A stretch of DNA of 64,000 bases, from IMG/VR virus record IMGVR_UViG_3300037067_008519, positions 1-64,000 of that record; one strand, written 5' to 3'. Source of the stretch: a virus. Its lineage: Duplodnaviria > Caudoviricetes. Below the pieces are notes generated by a model that worked only from the letters and a program-made list of their open reading frames with translations, did not search any database and was not told where the DNA came from. Position 1 is the first letter of the stretch. Each line of letters begins with the position of its first letter. Shown here one piece after another: positions 30,291 to 39,607 of the stretch. Both the position numbers and the translations under genes were made by a program.

Positions 30291-31033
30291 TGGTTTATGA
30301 TACTTTTATGTTTTTTAATGAATTAGATATTTTAGAATTAAGATTAAAAGAGCTTAATGATGTGGTAGATAGATTTGTTTTAGCAGAATCTATTTCTTCT
30401 CATTCTGGTAATGAAAAGCCCCTTTATTATGAAAGTAACAAAGATAGGTTTTCTCAGTTTCAAGATAAAATAATTCATGTTGTAGTAGAAGATTATCCTA
30501 AAGGAACAAGTTTTATAAGTTGGGATAGGGAGCATCACCAAAGGAACGCCATTATTAGAGGTCTTTCTGATGTAAAAGATGATGATTATATTATGCTTTC
30601 TGATGTAGATGAAATTCCTAGGCCCTCAAAAATAGGACAAGAAGGGGTATTCATTACCAATCTATATGGATACTATATTAATGTTAAATGCGGATCTGGG
30701 TTGTCTAATGCAACTGTAGGAATTAGAGGAAAAAACCTGAAAGAATTATTACCATTACAAAAATTAAGAGAAACGAGAGGAGATAACATAACACCTATCT
30801 GCAATGGAGGATGGCATTTTAGTTATTTAGGTAATCCCGATGAAATAAAGGCTAAGCTAGATAACTATGCTCATACGGAATATTCAGGGCAAAGTATTGA
30901 AAATGTTAGAAAAAATTATGAAAACTTACAAAGCCCCTATAGTGAAGAAAAATGGTATAAATGTGATGTTGATGATACTTATCCTAAGACAATTCTTGAG
31001 AATTTGGACTATTATTCTAAATACATTTTGTAA
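30275..31033 (+). CDS. GT17-like N-acetylglucosaminyltransferase
   Basis: YDTFMFFNELDILELRLKEL, WDREHHQRN, SDVDEIP, GGWHFSYLG, YAHTE. Confidence 0.88.
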   Translation: MEYTLMVYDTFMFFNELDILELRLKELNDVVDRFVLAESISSHSGNEKPLYYESNKDRFSQFQDKIIHVVVEDYPKGTSFISWDREHHQRNAIIRGLSDVKDDDYIMLSDVDEIPRPSKIGQEGVFITNLYGYYINVKCGSGLSNATVGIRGKNLKELLPLQKLRETRGDNITPICNGGWHFSYLGNPDEIKAKLDNYAHTEYSGQSIENVRKNYENLQSPYSEEKWYKCDVDDTYPKTILENLDYYSKYIL

Positions 31034-31053
31034 TTTTGAAAGGGAAGAAATAA

Positions 31054-31251
31054 ATGGAAATATCTAATCCATTAACAAAAGAACAAGCAGATGCGCTCTA
31101 TGCTTTATTAGGGAATACTTCTGGCTGGGATGCGGAAAATTTTGATGATGAAAAGCAGTTAGATGCAAGTGCAACTACAATTAATCAACTAGCAAATATA
31201 GTAGCTAATTTGATTATTGTTTTAAAAAATACAGGTATACTAGGAGGTTAA
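31054..31251 (+). CDS. Small head-fibre/decoration-like protein
   Basis: C-terminal ATTINQLANIVANLIIVLKNTGILG is homologous to the end of the next gene. Confidence 0.5.
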   Translation: MEISNPLTKEQADALYALLGNTSGWDAENFDDEKQLDASATTINQLANIVANLIIVLKNTGILGG

Positions 31252-31254
31252 TAA

Positions 31255-32394
31255 ATGAGTAATTTAGGCGATGCCCCATCTAATGCAATATTAGGTATTG
31301 CATATGGAGGGACAAATAATGCTGATGCTCCTACTTCAAATAAATTTTTAGTTTATGATGGAACAAAATATGCTGCATCGGCTTATGATCAAGCTAGTTT
31401 TAGTGCGTCGGGTCATGGACACGCTGCGGCTGACATTTCTGATTTTGATACAGAGGTTGGTAATCAAACGGATGTAGCAGCGAATACGAGTGCTCGTCAT
31501 AGTCAGAATACGGATTCTGGAACGACAGCTCAAACTTTTGTGATTGATAGTGATGCTGGTGCTCCGATTAGCTTAAAGAATAATTCTGGAGTTTTGGAGA
31601 TTAGAAATGGTGTAGATAACGCTTATATGGACTTGAAGGTTAAAGACCTACAAGTAACAGGTACAACTACTACGATTAATTCCGAAGTCTTGACTATTGA
31701 TGATAATGTTATTGTTTTAAATAATAATGTTACCGGAAGTCCTACTGAAAATGGTGGAATTGAAGTAGAACGAGGAACTTCAGATAATGCGGTATTAGTT
31801 TGGGATGAAAGTGATGATTTATGGAAAGCAGGTATTTCAGGTTCGCAGGCTGCGATTAGCCTATTAGGACATGCCCATGCTTGGGCTGATGTTAATAAAA
31901 GCGGTTCCAGTATTGCGGATTTAACAACACACAACTATTCTGATTTGGATAGCCCCCCTGGTGATGATGATTTTCATACAATAACGGCAGAAACATCCAT
32001 TGCATCAGATGATGAATTATTAATATATGATACTTCTGTAAGTGCTTATCGCAAAATGACTAGAGCTAATCTGGTGGCTGGAATTGATACTAATCCTGCT
32101 GGATCTGATACTTTTGTGCAATATAACGATGGTGGATCTGCTTTAGGTGGGAGTGCTAATTTTACATTTGATGATGCCACAAATAAACTAACCATCAATG
32201 GACCATTTTCGCATTCCGGTTCTTCATTAGGGTTTTTTGCTGCGAATCCTGCAGTTAGGTCTACTGGTTGGGCAGTAACAAATGCTAATGCGGATAAAGT
32301 TTATGATGCTAATGCGACTTCTATTAATGAGCTGGCAGATATTTTAGGAACGTTAATTACAGATTTGGTAACTTATGGTTTGTTAGGAGCTTAA
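31255..32394 (+). CDS. Fibre-like virion protein
   Basis: G/S/T/D-rich; DLQVTGTTTTINS...IDDNVIVLN...GGIEVERG, HxH repeats, PAGSDTFVQYNDGG. Confidence 0.65.
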   Translation: MSNLGDAPSNAILGIAYGGTNNADAPTSNKFLVYDGTKYAASAYDQASFSASGHGHAAADISDFDTEVGNQTDVAANTSARHSQNTDSGTTAQTFVIDSDAGAPISLKNNSGVLEIRNGVDNAYMDLKVKDLQVTGTTTTINSEVLTIDDNVIVLNNNVTGSPTENGGIEVERGTSDNAVLVWDESDDLWKAGISGSQAAISLLGHAHAWADVNKSGSSIADLTTHNYSDLDSPPGDDDFHTITAETSIASDDELLIYDTSVSAYRKMTRANLVAGIDTNPAGSDTFVQYNDGGSALGGSANFTFDDATNKLTINGPFSHSGSSLGFFAANPAVRSTGWAVTNANADKVYDANATSINELADILGTLITDLVTYGLLGA

Positions 32395-33069
32395 ATGTCT
32401 AATCTTGGAGATGCACTATCTAATGCCCCTTTACCCGAAGAGGCGGGAGGTACGGATAATACAACTTTTAGTAGTGGGAAGTTTCTTGCTTATGATGGGG
32501 CTAAAATTGCGTCTTCTTCTTATGACCAAAATAGTTTTGTAACTCCCTCAACTGCCGCAAAAAGGACAATTATTTTAGGCGCGGCTGGCGGTTGGCCTTC
32601 AACAACTTCCGGTTGTGCTGATCCTACTAGAGTTGAATATACTACCAATAAACAAAACTTATATATTATGGATTTTGATAAAGATACTGTAGAATATGCT
32701 CAATGGACTATTTTTATGCCAGATAGTTATGATGGAGGAACTATTATAGTTAGATTTATTTGGCTAAGTACCACGAATAGTGGAGATGTTGTTTGGAATA
32801 TTCAGGGTAGAACTTATGGGGATGGAGAAGCAATAGATCAGGCTTGGGGGGATGTTGTTGCTGTTACCGATACAACTCCTGGTACGGCTGGTCAAATAGC
32901 AATTAGTGCTGAGAGTAGCGCAATAACTTTATCAGGAACGCCTGCGCCAGGAGAATTATGCCAGATTAGGGTTTCAAGGAATGCTAGTAATGGTTCTGAT
33001 ACTTTAGCTGCTGATGCAAGGTTGATAGCCATTAAGTTAGAATATGGAATTAATGTATATACAGATTAG
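32395..33069 (+). CDS. Fibre/decoration-like virion protein
   Basis: Shares its N-terminal ~50 aa with the preceding gene; beta-rich C-terminal domain. Confidence 0.55.
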   Translation: MSNLGDALSNAPLPEEAGGTDNTTFSSGKFLAYDGAKIASSSYDQNSFVTPSTAAKRTIILGAAGGWPSTTSGCADPTRVEYTTNKQNLYIMDFDKDTVEYAQWTIFMPDSYDGGTIIVRFIWLSTTNSGDVVWNIQGRTYGDGEAIDQAWGDVVAVTDTTPGTAGQIAISAESSAITLSGTPAPGELCQIRVSRNASNGSDTLAADARLIAIKLEYGINVYTD

Positions 33070-33077
33070 AGGATAAT

Positions 33078-33461
33078 ATGGTTGAGATAAGATTGAGTCA
33101 ACAAGAGAAGGATTTTTGGGAACAAATAGCCCTAGAAATTGAAAAGTATGATATTAATAAACTAGATACAAAAAGTTTAAATATATTTTTATCCAAAATG
33201 CCTCTTACAATAATTAATTGTGGACAAAGGGAATTATTGTTTTGGGAACAGCGGGCAATGGCGCAATATACCTATGCAATAAGAGCTATTAGATGGTGGT
33301 TAGGGGATAAAAGTATATTTACTTCTGAGGAATCTCGCATTCTTCGTTGTTCTAAATGTGTAAATTTTAAAGAATGTTCGCAAGATGAAAATGCTATTAA
33401 ATTATGTTTAGATAGTTTGAAAAAAATGGCTGTTAGTTATAGGAGTAATACAATTGCCTAA
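33078..33461 (+). CDS. Hypothetical protein
   Basis: GAGGA RBS; operon context. Confidence 0.6.
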   Translation: MVEIRLSQQEKDFWEQIALEIEKYDINKLDTKSLNIFLSKMPLTIINCGQRELLFWEQRAMAQYTYAIRAIRWWLGDKSIFTSEESRILRCSKCVNFKECSQDENAIKLCLDSLKKMAVSYRSNTIA

Positions 33462-34626
33462 TGGGGTATATCAGCTTAATACAGCAAATGAGCACGATTG
33501 TCAATCTTATTCTGGAGGATATGATAATTCTGGGACATACACTATTGTTGGTAATTTGAATGGTAATGATTATAGAACTTGGTTAAGATATGTTTTAGAT
33601 ATACCGGCAGATGCGGTTATTGATGATGCGAGACTTTATTCTTGGGTAGCGGGTCAGACAGGGAATATTACTGCTAAGGTATATTTGGTAGATGATAATG
33701 ATTGTGATGCTTTTTCTGCTAATCCTAATAGTAGGTCTGTGGTAGGTTCGGGGAATGCTGGTCCTATAACTTGGTCTGGATTAGGTAGCGCAGCGGCGTC
33801 TACTTGGCAGATATCACCCAGTTTAGCAGCGCAGGTACAATATTTTGTTAATGGTAGTTGTACGGGTGGGGGCTATGTTTCAGGACAATATATTGGATTT
33901 AGGATTACCGCTGATGGGGAATCCAATAATATTTACAAACAATTAGTTCAAAGCAACTATGGTTCAGGAATATTAGGTTCTGTTCTTCTTGTTGCCTATC
34001 ATACGGCAAATGGGTATGCTACTAAATTTGTTTCGGTTTCTGCTCAAGGAAATGATACATATAATATTTCTACTGATACTACAAATGATCGCAAGGCTGA
34101 AACCACTCTTATTGCCGGAGAAGATGGTTCGTCAAATCTTAATAGAATATTTTTGCGTTTTAATGCTGGTATACCAGCTAATGCTACTATTCAGGATGCT
34201 TATTTAATAAGTTTTGCAGCATCTACTGCAAGTGCTGCCTTTACTGCCTCTCTTGCTACTATTGATGATGAATCTGTATTTTTAGGAAATGTTTATACAA
34301 GAGGATTGATTGCAGGACAGACGGCGGTTAATTGGTCTTGTGATGGAACTTGGGCTATTAATGGGTATCATATTACTCCCCCATTTCCTAATCCTATTCA
34401 ATATAGAGTTAATCAGGCAGACTATAACCCAATAGGTGAAAATCCTTATATTGGAATAAGGATTGGTGAAGGCGATGCCAATGCCAAGAATGAAATGATT
34501 ACACTAGCATCTTATGACCACACAACTTTGGAATCCCCGGTATTTATTGTTTATTATTATGCGAAACCTTTACGGAGAATATCTGTTTCTGGTGGGGCGG
34601 CTTATGGGAACCCAGCATTTTATTAA
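33454..34626 (+). CDS. Virion protein with two tandem DNRLRE/CBM96-like domains
   Basis: Internal duplication: RTWLRYVLDIPADAVIDDARL and RIFLRFNAGIPANATIQDAYL. Confidence 0.55.
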   Translation: MPNGVYQLNTANEHDCQSYSGGYDNSGTYTIVGNLNGNDYRTWLRYVLDIPADAVIDDARLYSWVAGQTGNITAKVYLVDDNDCDAFSANPNSRSVVGSGNAGPITWSGLGSAAASTWQISPSLAAQVQYFVNGSCTGGGYVSGQYIGFRITADGESNNIYKQLVQSNYGSGILGSVLLVAYHTANGYATKFVSVSAQGNDTYNISTDTTNDRKAETTLIAGEDGSSNLNRIFLRFNAGIPANATIQDAYLISFAASTASAAFTASLATIDDESVFLGNVYTRGLIAGQTAVNWSCDGTWAINGYHITPPFPNPIQYRVNQADYNPIGENPYIGIRIGEGDANAKNEMITLASYDHTTLESPVFIVYYYAKPLRRISVSGGAAYGNPAFY

Positions 34627-34638
34627 AGGAGAAGGAAA

Positions 34639-35037
34639 ATGGAAAAGATAGTATTGAAAGAAGCCCAAACACAAACTCTTCATAATTACTTTTTGGAAAA
34701 AGAAAAAGCAAAAAATAAAGTGATAGATTTCTTGGATTATTTGAAAGATGAATATGATTTAGATGATGATTTTGAAATTGCAAATGGAATGATAGCTTTA
34801 GTTAAAGGATGTAAAGTTCAAATCTTAACTCCCAAACAGACCGAATTATTGAAAGACAAAGTGATTGAAATGAATCATTTTGTGAATATGCTAAATGGTT
34901 TTATTAATTATCTAAATTTGGAATATAACTCAGATGCTAGTTATCAACTAGATATAAATAATGGTTATTTTTTTAGAAATAAAGAAATGAAGGAAGAGAA
35001 AAATGTTAAGGACAGTAAGAGCAAATCAAGAAATTAA
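34639..35037 (+). CDS. Hypothetical protein with internal repeat
   Basis: FLDYLKDEY and FINYLNLEY repeat. Confidence 0.6.
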   Translation: MEKIVLKEAQTQTLHNYFLEKEKAKNKVIDFLDYLKDEYDLDDDFEIANGMIALVKGCKVQILTPKQTELLKDKVIEMNHFVNMLNGFINYLNLEYNSDASYQLDINNGYFFRNKEMKEEKNVKDSKSKSRN

Positions 35038-35470
35038 ATCCCAGTTTTCTATTTTTGATATTGATGGATATACTAAAATTTCAGGGGAAGCTGAGAATTG
35101 CGTAGCAACTTTGTGGAAAGACGGAGAATTATCTGGAGAAGAGATTGCTGTTAGTGAAATCGGAACTTCAGGAGAATATTTAGTTTCGTTTACCCCGACT
35201 TCCGCAGGAATTTGGATATTGGAAATAAAAGATCCAACAAACAGAATTTGGAAATCAGAAATTGAAGTTAGATTAGTAGATTTAGATAGTGTTGCATCAG
35301 ATTTATTAATCATCAAAAAAATTGAAACAGGAAGATGGAGGATAAATTCTGTGGATAACACCATGACCTTTTATGATGAGGATGGAGAAACAGAACTGTT
35401 TAAATTTAATCTAAAAGACGCTTCTGGTGCTGCTTCAGCTACAGAGGTTTTTGAAAGGATTCCTGAATAA
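35003..35470 (+). CDS. Virion structural protein (Ig-like N-domain)
   Basis: GEYLVSFTP..G.W; IETGRW...MTFYDEDGETELFKFNL. Confidence 0.55.
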   Translation: MLRTVRANQEIKSQFSIFDIDGYTKISGEAENCVATLWKDGELSGEEIAVSEIGTSGEYLVSFTPTSAGIWILEIKDPTNRIWKSEIEVRLVDLDSVASDLLIIKKIETGRWRINSVDNTMTFYDEDGETELFKFNLKDASGAASATEVFERIPE

Positions 35471-35836
35471 ATGAAAGATAAGAAAATTTCTTTAAAAGAA
35501 TATTTTGATATGCGTATAGAACTTATTTATGCCCGTATACTAACAATGATTGAAGATATAGACAGGAGAACTTTGGTTGCAAAAGAATCTATGGAATATC
35601 GTCTTGCTGGTATGAATGAATTTAGAAACAGCATGAAAGATCAAGAGTCCCATTTTGTTCGTAGGCTAGAGATGAAAGCAGAATTGGATTTGATTAAGAA
35701 AGATTTACAAGAATTACGTGATTTTCGTGTAGCGTCACAATCTCTTGCATCGCAGAGAGCGGTTAATATTACTTTATTTATAGCCACATTGGGGATTATC
35801 CTTGGAATCGTGTCTATAATAATACAAATGGTATAA
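35471..35836 (+). CDS. Coiled-coil protein with C-terminal transmembrane helix
   Basis: RLAGMNEFR motif; hydrophobic C-terminus. Confidence 0.55.
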   Translation: MKDKKISLKEYFDMRIELIYARILTMIEDIDRRTLVAKESMEYRLAGMNEFRNSMKDQESHFVRRLEMKAELDLIKKDLQELRDFRVASQSLASQRAVNITLFIATLGIILGIVSIIIQMV

Positions 35837-36048
35837 GATGAACACTACACCACATCTCTCTAAATTAATAACTAGAGGAATGGGAAATGGGCAGTTAGTT
35901 GTTACTAAAGGATTGAGTAATACTTTAGAAATTATTCTTGATGAGGTAAAACTAAGATGGAATTCTTTTGAATTTAGGAACAATAAAATCAATTTTGATA
36001 CATTTATTTATCATCCTAAATTTGAAATAAAAATTACAAAAGATTCAT

Positions 36049-36083
36049 AAGTTGATAATTTTGGAAGATTTAGTGTTAATATA
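36049..36083 (+). promoter_or_regulatory. Putative late promoter, copy 2
   Basis: AAGTTGATAATTTTGGAAGATTTAGTGTTAATATA upstream of portal. Confidence 0.75.
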
Positions 36084-36126
36084 GAGTAGAAGGAAGTTTT
36101 TTTCCTTATACCCCTTCGGAGGATAC

Positions 36127-37728
36127 ATGAATACTACAGCAACTACAAAAAATTATGAAGACAAAATAGAACTGTTCAAGAGCATATCTTTGGCTAATGC
36201 AGATGGAAAGCACCAGTTTAGAACTTTAGCAACAAAAGATATGGGCAATACTCAAATGTTGCTTGGTGCTTTTGCTTCTAATATTTCTTCTAATACTCGT
36301 TTAGGAGAACGTTACGGTTTAACATCTCAACAGATTATTAAGATACCCTCTCCGCACGAATTTCATAAAAATGTTGCTTTGGCGCGAGATATTTATTTCC
36401 GAGAAGGTATAGTTAGAACCGCTATTGATAAGATGGTGGATTTTGCTTGTGTGGGTTTTGAGAATAAGGCTAAGAGTTCGAGGGTTAAGAGTTTTTTTGA
36501 CATGCATTGTAAATATGCGGATATGGATAATATTATTAGAAAAATAGTTTGGGAATATTTAGTTTCTGGTGATGTTTTTCTTTATCGTGGGGATAAAACT
36601 ATTGTTGGAAATAGCATTGATACCGGAAAAGCCTTTTATCCTTATACAGTTTTAAACCCCCAGAAGACTCAGGTAGTTGGAAGTCTTTTATTTGATTCAG
36701 AAGCTTTAGCCATAGATCTTAAATCTGATTTAGACAAACTTAAAGAACTCCCTAAAGCAATGCAGGAAAAATTTTTAGCAAATATCCCAAGCCAATTTAA
36801 AAAGTTGTTTTCGCCAAATGGGGAAATTGATAAATCAGTTTTAACTAAAACAGGAAAATTTATTCTTCCTATTGAGAGTACATCTAGAATTAGCAGAAAT
36901 CGCCAAGATTATGATAGATATGGAACTCCCTTCTTAGCAGGAATCTTTGAGCCTATTCTTATTAAAAGACGTTTAAGAGAAATGGATCATGCAACAGCCG
37001 AAGGGATGATTAACACAATAGTCTTGTTCAAATTAGGTAATGATGAATTTCCTGCTGAACCTGTTGAATTGGCGGTTATGCAAAATCTATTAGAAACCAG
37101 TTCTAAGGCTTTTGAATTAGTGTGGACACACACTCTTGAAGTTGAGTTCCTGAATCCGGGTTGGGAAGCATTAGCCCCATCAAAATATGAAGAAGTAGAC
37201 CAAGATATAAAAAATGGTTTAGGAATGCCCCAGATTTTAATTTCTGGAGAAGGGGATGCTACCGCTTCTTGGGTTGGGGTGACGGGGTTTACTATTCAAT
37301 TAGAAAGGATTAACCACGAAATTAAGAGATGGATGGAAGAAGAATACAGAATTATCGCAAATGAGAATGGCTTTAAAGAATCTCCTAAAGTAAGATTTAA
37401 TAAGATTGATTTGCGTGATGATAAGGCGTTTAAGAATGTTGTCCTTCAACTCCGAAATGGCGGTTTACTTGATAACCAAACTGCTTTGGAAGATGCTGGT
37501 TATGATTATGATGATGTTTTACAAAGAAAGAAAGATCAAGAAAAAGATGCGAAATATTTTCAACCTCCAATGTTGCCTTTTAGTGGTAATCCTGCTGGGA
37601 AAGTAACAACTCCTACTAATAGACAAGGCGGTGGCGGCAGGCCACCAGGGGAAGTTTCTCCACCTAGTCCAGAACAAGATAATGTTAAAACTCCCAAAGG
37701 AAAAGAAGGAGATATTGGTGGTAAATAA
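36127..37728 (+). CDS. Portal protein
   Basis: 533 aa; IVRTAIDKM, YTVLNP, RYGTP, LFKLG, GGGRP acidic tail; position before protease and capsid. Confidence 0.8.
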   Translation: MNTTATTKNYEDKIELFKSISLANADGKHQFRTLATKDMGNTQMLLGAFASNISSNTRLGERYGLTSQQIIKIPSPHEFHKNVALARDIYFREGIVRTAIDKMVDFACVGFENKAKSSRVKSFFDMHCKYADMDNIIRKIVWEYLVSGDVFLYRGDKTIVGNSIDTGKAFYPYTVLNPQKTQVVGSLLFDSEALAIDLKSDLDKLKELPKAMQEKFLANIPSQFKKLFSPNGEIDKSVLTKTGKFILPIESTSRISRNRQDYDRYGTPFLAGIFEPILIKRRLREMDHATAEGMINTIVLFKLGNDEFPAEPVELAVMQNLLETSSKAFELVWTHTLEVEFLNPGWEALAPSKYEEVDQDIKNGLGMPQILISGEGDATASWVGVTGFTIQLERINHEIKRWMEEEYRIIANENGFKESPKVRFNKIDLRDDKAFKNVVLQLRNGGLLDNQTALEDAGYDYDDVLQRKKDQEKDAKYFQPPMLPFSGNPAGKVTTPTNRQGGGGRPPGEVSPPSPEQDNVKTPKGKEGDIGGK

Positions 37729-38100
37729 ATGACACCATTAGAAGCAGTAGTAACAGTTTTAGCTACTTTAATTCCGGGGTTAATAACAATTATTATTCTT
37801 TTGATAAGGCAAAGAAGTAGTCGCAGAAAAGATTTAAATGAAAACTGGATACCAAAATCTGTTTATGACATCGAGGTTGAGCGGGGCAAAGAAATATTAA
37901 AACTATATCTTGATTTTTTATCTTGTTTTGATGATTGGTGTTTGTCAACTACCAAAGAATTTGAAAAATTAGATAAACACTTATTAGAGAGCGGGGGAGT
38001 AACGGCGCAAAACTTGGTTTTATTAACTCAGTCTCTTACCGCTCTGAAAGAAACTATGGAAAGATTAATTTTGAGGCTGGTCAATGGGCGAAAAGACTGA
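37729..38100 (+). CDS. Membrane-anchored coiled-coil protein (holin-like)
   Basis: N-terminal transmembrane helix. Confidence 0.45.
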   Translation: MTPLEAVVTVLATLIPGLITIIILLIRQRSSRRKDLNENWIPKSVYDIEVERGKEILKLYLDFLSCFDDWCLSTTKEFEKLDKHLLESGGVTAQNLVLLTQSLTALKETMERLILRLVNGRKD

Positions 38101-38228
38101 CTCGAAGGAATACCAAGAAATTATTATAAAATTAAAAGATAATGCTAGTTTGGCGAAGAGAATTGCTGAGGAAGCATATGCGTTAGTTTTATTATTAGAA
38201 GATTATGGAAAGGAGGAAGTATCAAAAA

Positions 38229-38996
38229 ATGGGAATAGTAAAAAGAGAACTTGAAAAGACATATATAGATATACCTCTTAAAGCATCTAAGATTAGAGAT
38301 TGTGCGATAGCCTCTGCGAAAGAGAGTCCTGATCTTTTAACTATAGATTTTATTCTTTGTAATGAAGGAGTAAACGGTCGTGGTGATAGATTTAATTCAG
38401 TACAACTTGGCAGTCGTTATTGGACGGCAGAATATAAAGGAATAAATTGGGAGCATAATCAGCCTTTTATTGGTTGTATTAGTAAAGCATCTGTAAAGAC
38501 GAATGGAGAAGGCTTGAAGTATGTCGATTGCCAGGGTAAATTATGGAAATTTATCTATGAAGATTTTACTGATTTGATTTCTCAGGCTATGGCTTCTGAT
38601 AATCCTCAGTATGATGTTGATCTTGCTTTTATTTCTATGGAGGCTTGGTTTCCCACTTACAATATGATTGTTGGAGAATATGAGGAAACTTATCCCAAGG
38701 GGGATGCCTATGCTGAAGAACTTCATGAAAAAAGAGGCACACATTTGGATGACGGTCGTTTAGTTTCTAGAGAATTGCTTGATATAATTTTTGGAGCTGC
38801 TGCTATAACTTCCAGCCCTGCTGATAAGGGTGCTCTGATTAAAAGTGCCGCCTCAAAACGTAGTATTGAGGAATACCACGAATATCTTCATGCAGTTTAT
38901 TCTGGCAAAAGACAGTCTCCGTTTAAACCTGAAGAAATTATAGAAGAGCATACTAGACTCCATAAACAGAATCCAGAAAAATTTTTAAGGGAATAA
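38229..38996 (+). CDS. Putative prohead protease
   Basis: NGRGDRF, INWEH..IG, G.LWK, ISMEAW, FGAAAIT..PAD; AAGGAGG RBS places the start at ATG 38229. Confidence 0.7.
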   Translation: MGIVKRELEKTYIDIPLKASKIRDCAIASAKESPDLLTIDFILCNEGVNGRGDRFNSVQLGSRYWTAEYKGINWEHNQPFIGCISKASVKTNGEGLKYVDCQGKLWKFIYEDFTDLISQAMASDNPQYDVDLAFISMEAWFPTYNMIVGEYEETYPKGDAYAEELHEKRGTHLDDGRLVSRELLDIIFGAAAITSSPADKGALIKSAASKRSIEEYHEYLHAVYSGKRQSPFKPEEIIEEHTRLHKQNPEKFLRE

Positions 38997-38999
38997 AAA

Positions 39000-39494
39000 T
39001 TGGAAAAAGAATTATATTGGGCAGCGGGGTTTTTTGATGGAGAAGGCTGGTGTGGATTACATAAAAATGGGGGGTTTTTGTATCCGTATATAGCAGTTGC
39101 ACAAATAAATAAAGAACCTCTAGAAAGATTTCAGAAAGTTTTTGATGTGGGCAACATTACTGGTCCAAGGATAAAGGCTAAATATCCAAACAGCAAACCA
39201 ATCTATCAATACAGGGTTAGTAGAATTGAGGATACTTTGTTTGTTTTAGCAAAATTGTTGCCTGTTGTGTGTCGTGTGAAAAGGGAGCAGATTTTAAATA
39301 CGGTTGAAGGGATGAAAATAGGAAAAGGTTCTGGTTCAAATATGAAAAGAGAAAAGTATTGTAAAAAAGGACATCTTTTAGAGGGAGAAAATATAATATG
39401 GCTTAATGATAAAAGAGGAAAAGATGGGAAAAATCGAAGGTGTAGGGTTTGTACGAGAGAATATGATAGAATTCAGTATGCTAATAAAAAATAA
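39000..39494 (+). CDS. LAGLIDADG-like homing endonuclease with C-terminal zinc motif
   Basis: WAAGFFDGEG; CKKGH...RRCRVC. Confidence 0.8.
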   Translation: MEKELYWAAGFFDGEGWCGLHKNGGFLYPYIAVAQINKEPLERFQKVFDVGNITGPRIKAKYPNSKPIYQYRVSRIEDTLFVLAKLLPVVCRVKREQILNTVEGMKIGKGSGSNMKREKYCKKGHLLEGENIIWLNDKRGKDGKNRRCRVCTREYDRIQYANKK

Positions 39495-39519
39495 AATTTA
39501 AAATTTTGATAAGATATAA

Positions 39520-39554
39520 AAGTTGATAATTTTTAAATATTTAGTGTTAATATA
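39520..39554 (+). promoter_or_regulatory. Putative late promoter, copy 3
   Basis: AAGTTGATAATTTTTAAATATTTAGTGTTAATATA upstream of scaffold and capsid. Confidence 0.75.
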
Positions 39555-39607
39555 GAGTAGGGAATAATTTTATTGAACAACAATATGTATGAAAGGGGGT
39601 CTTATGT

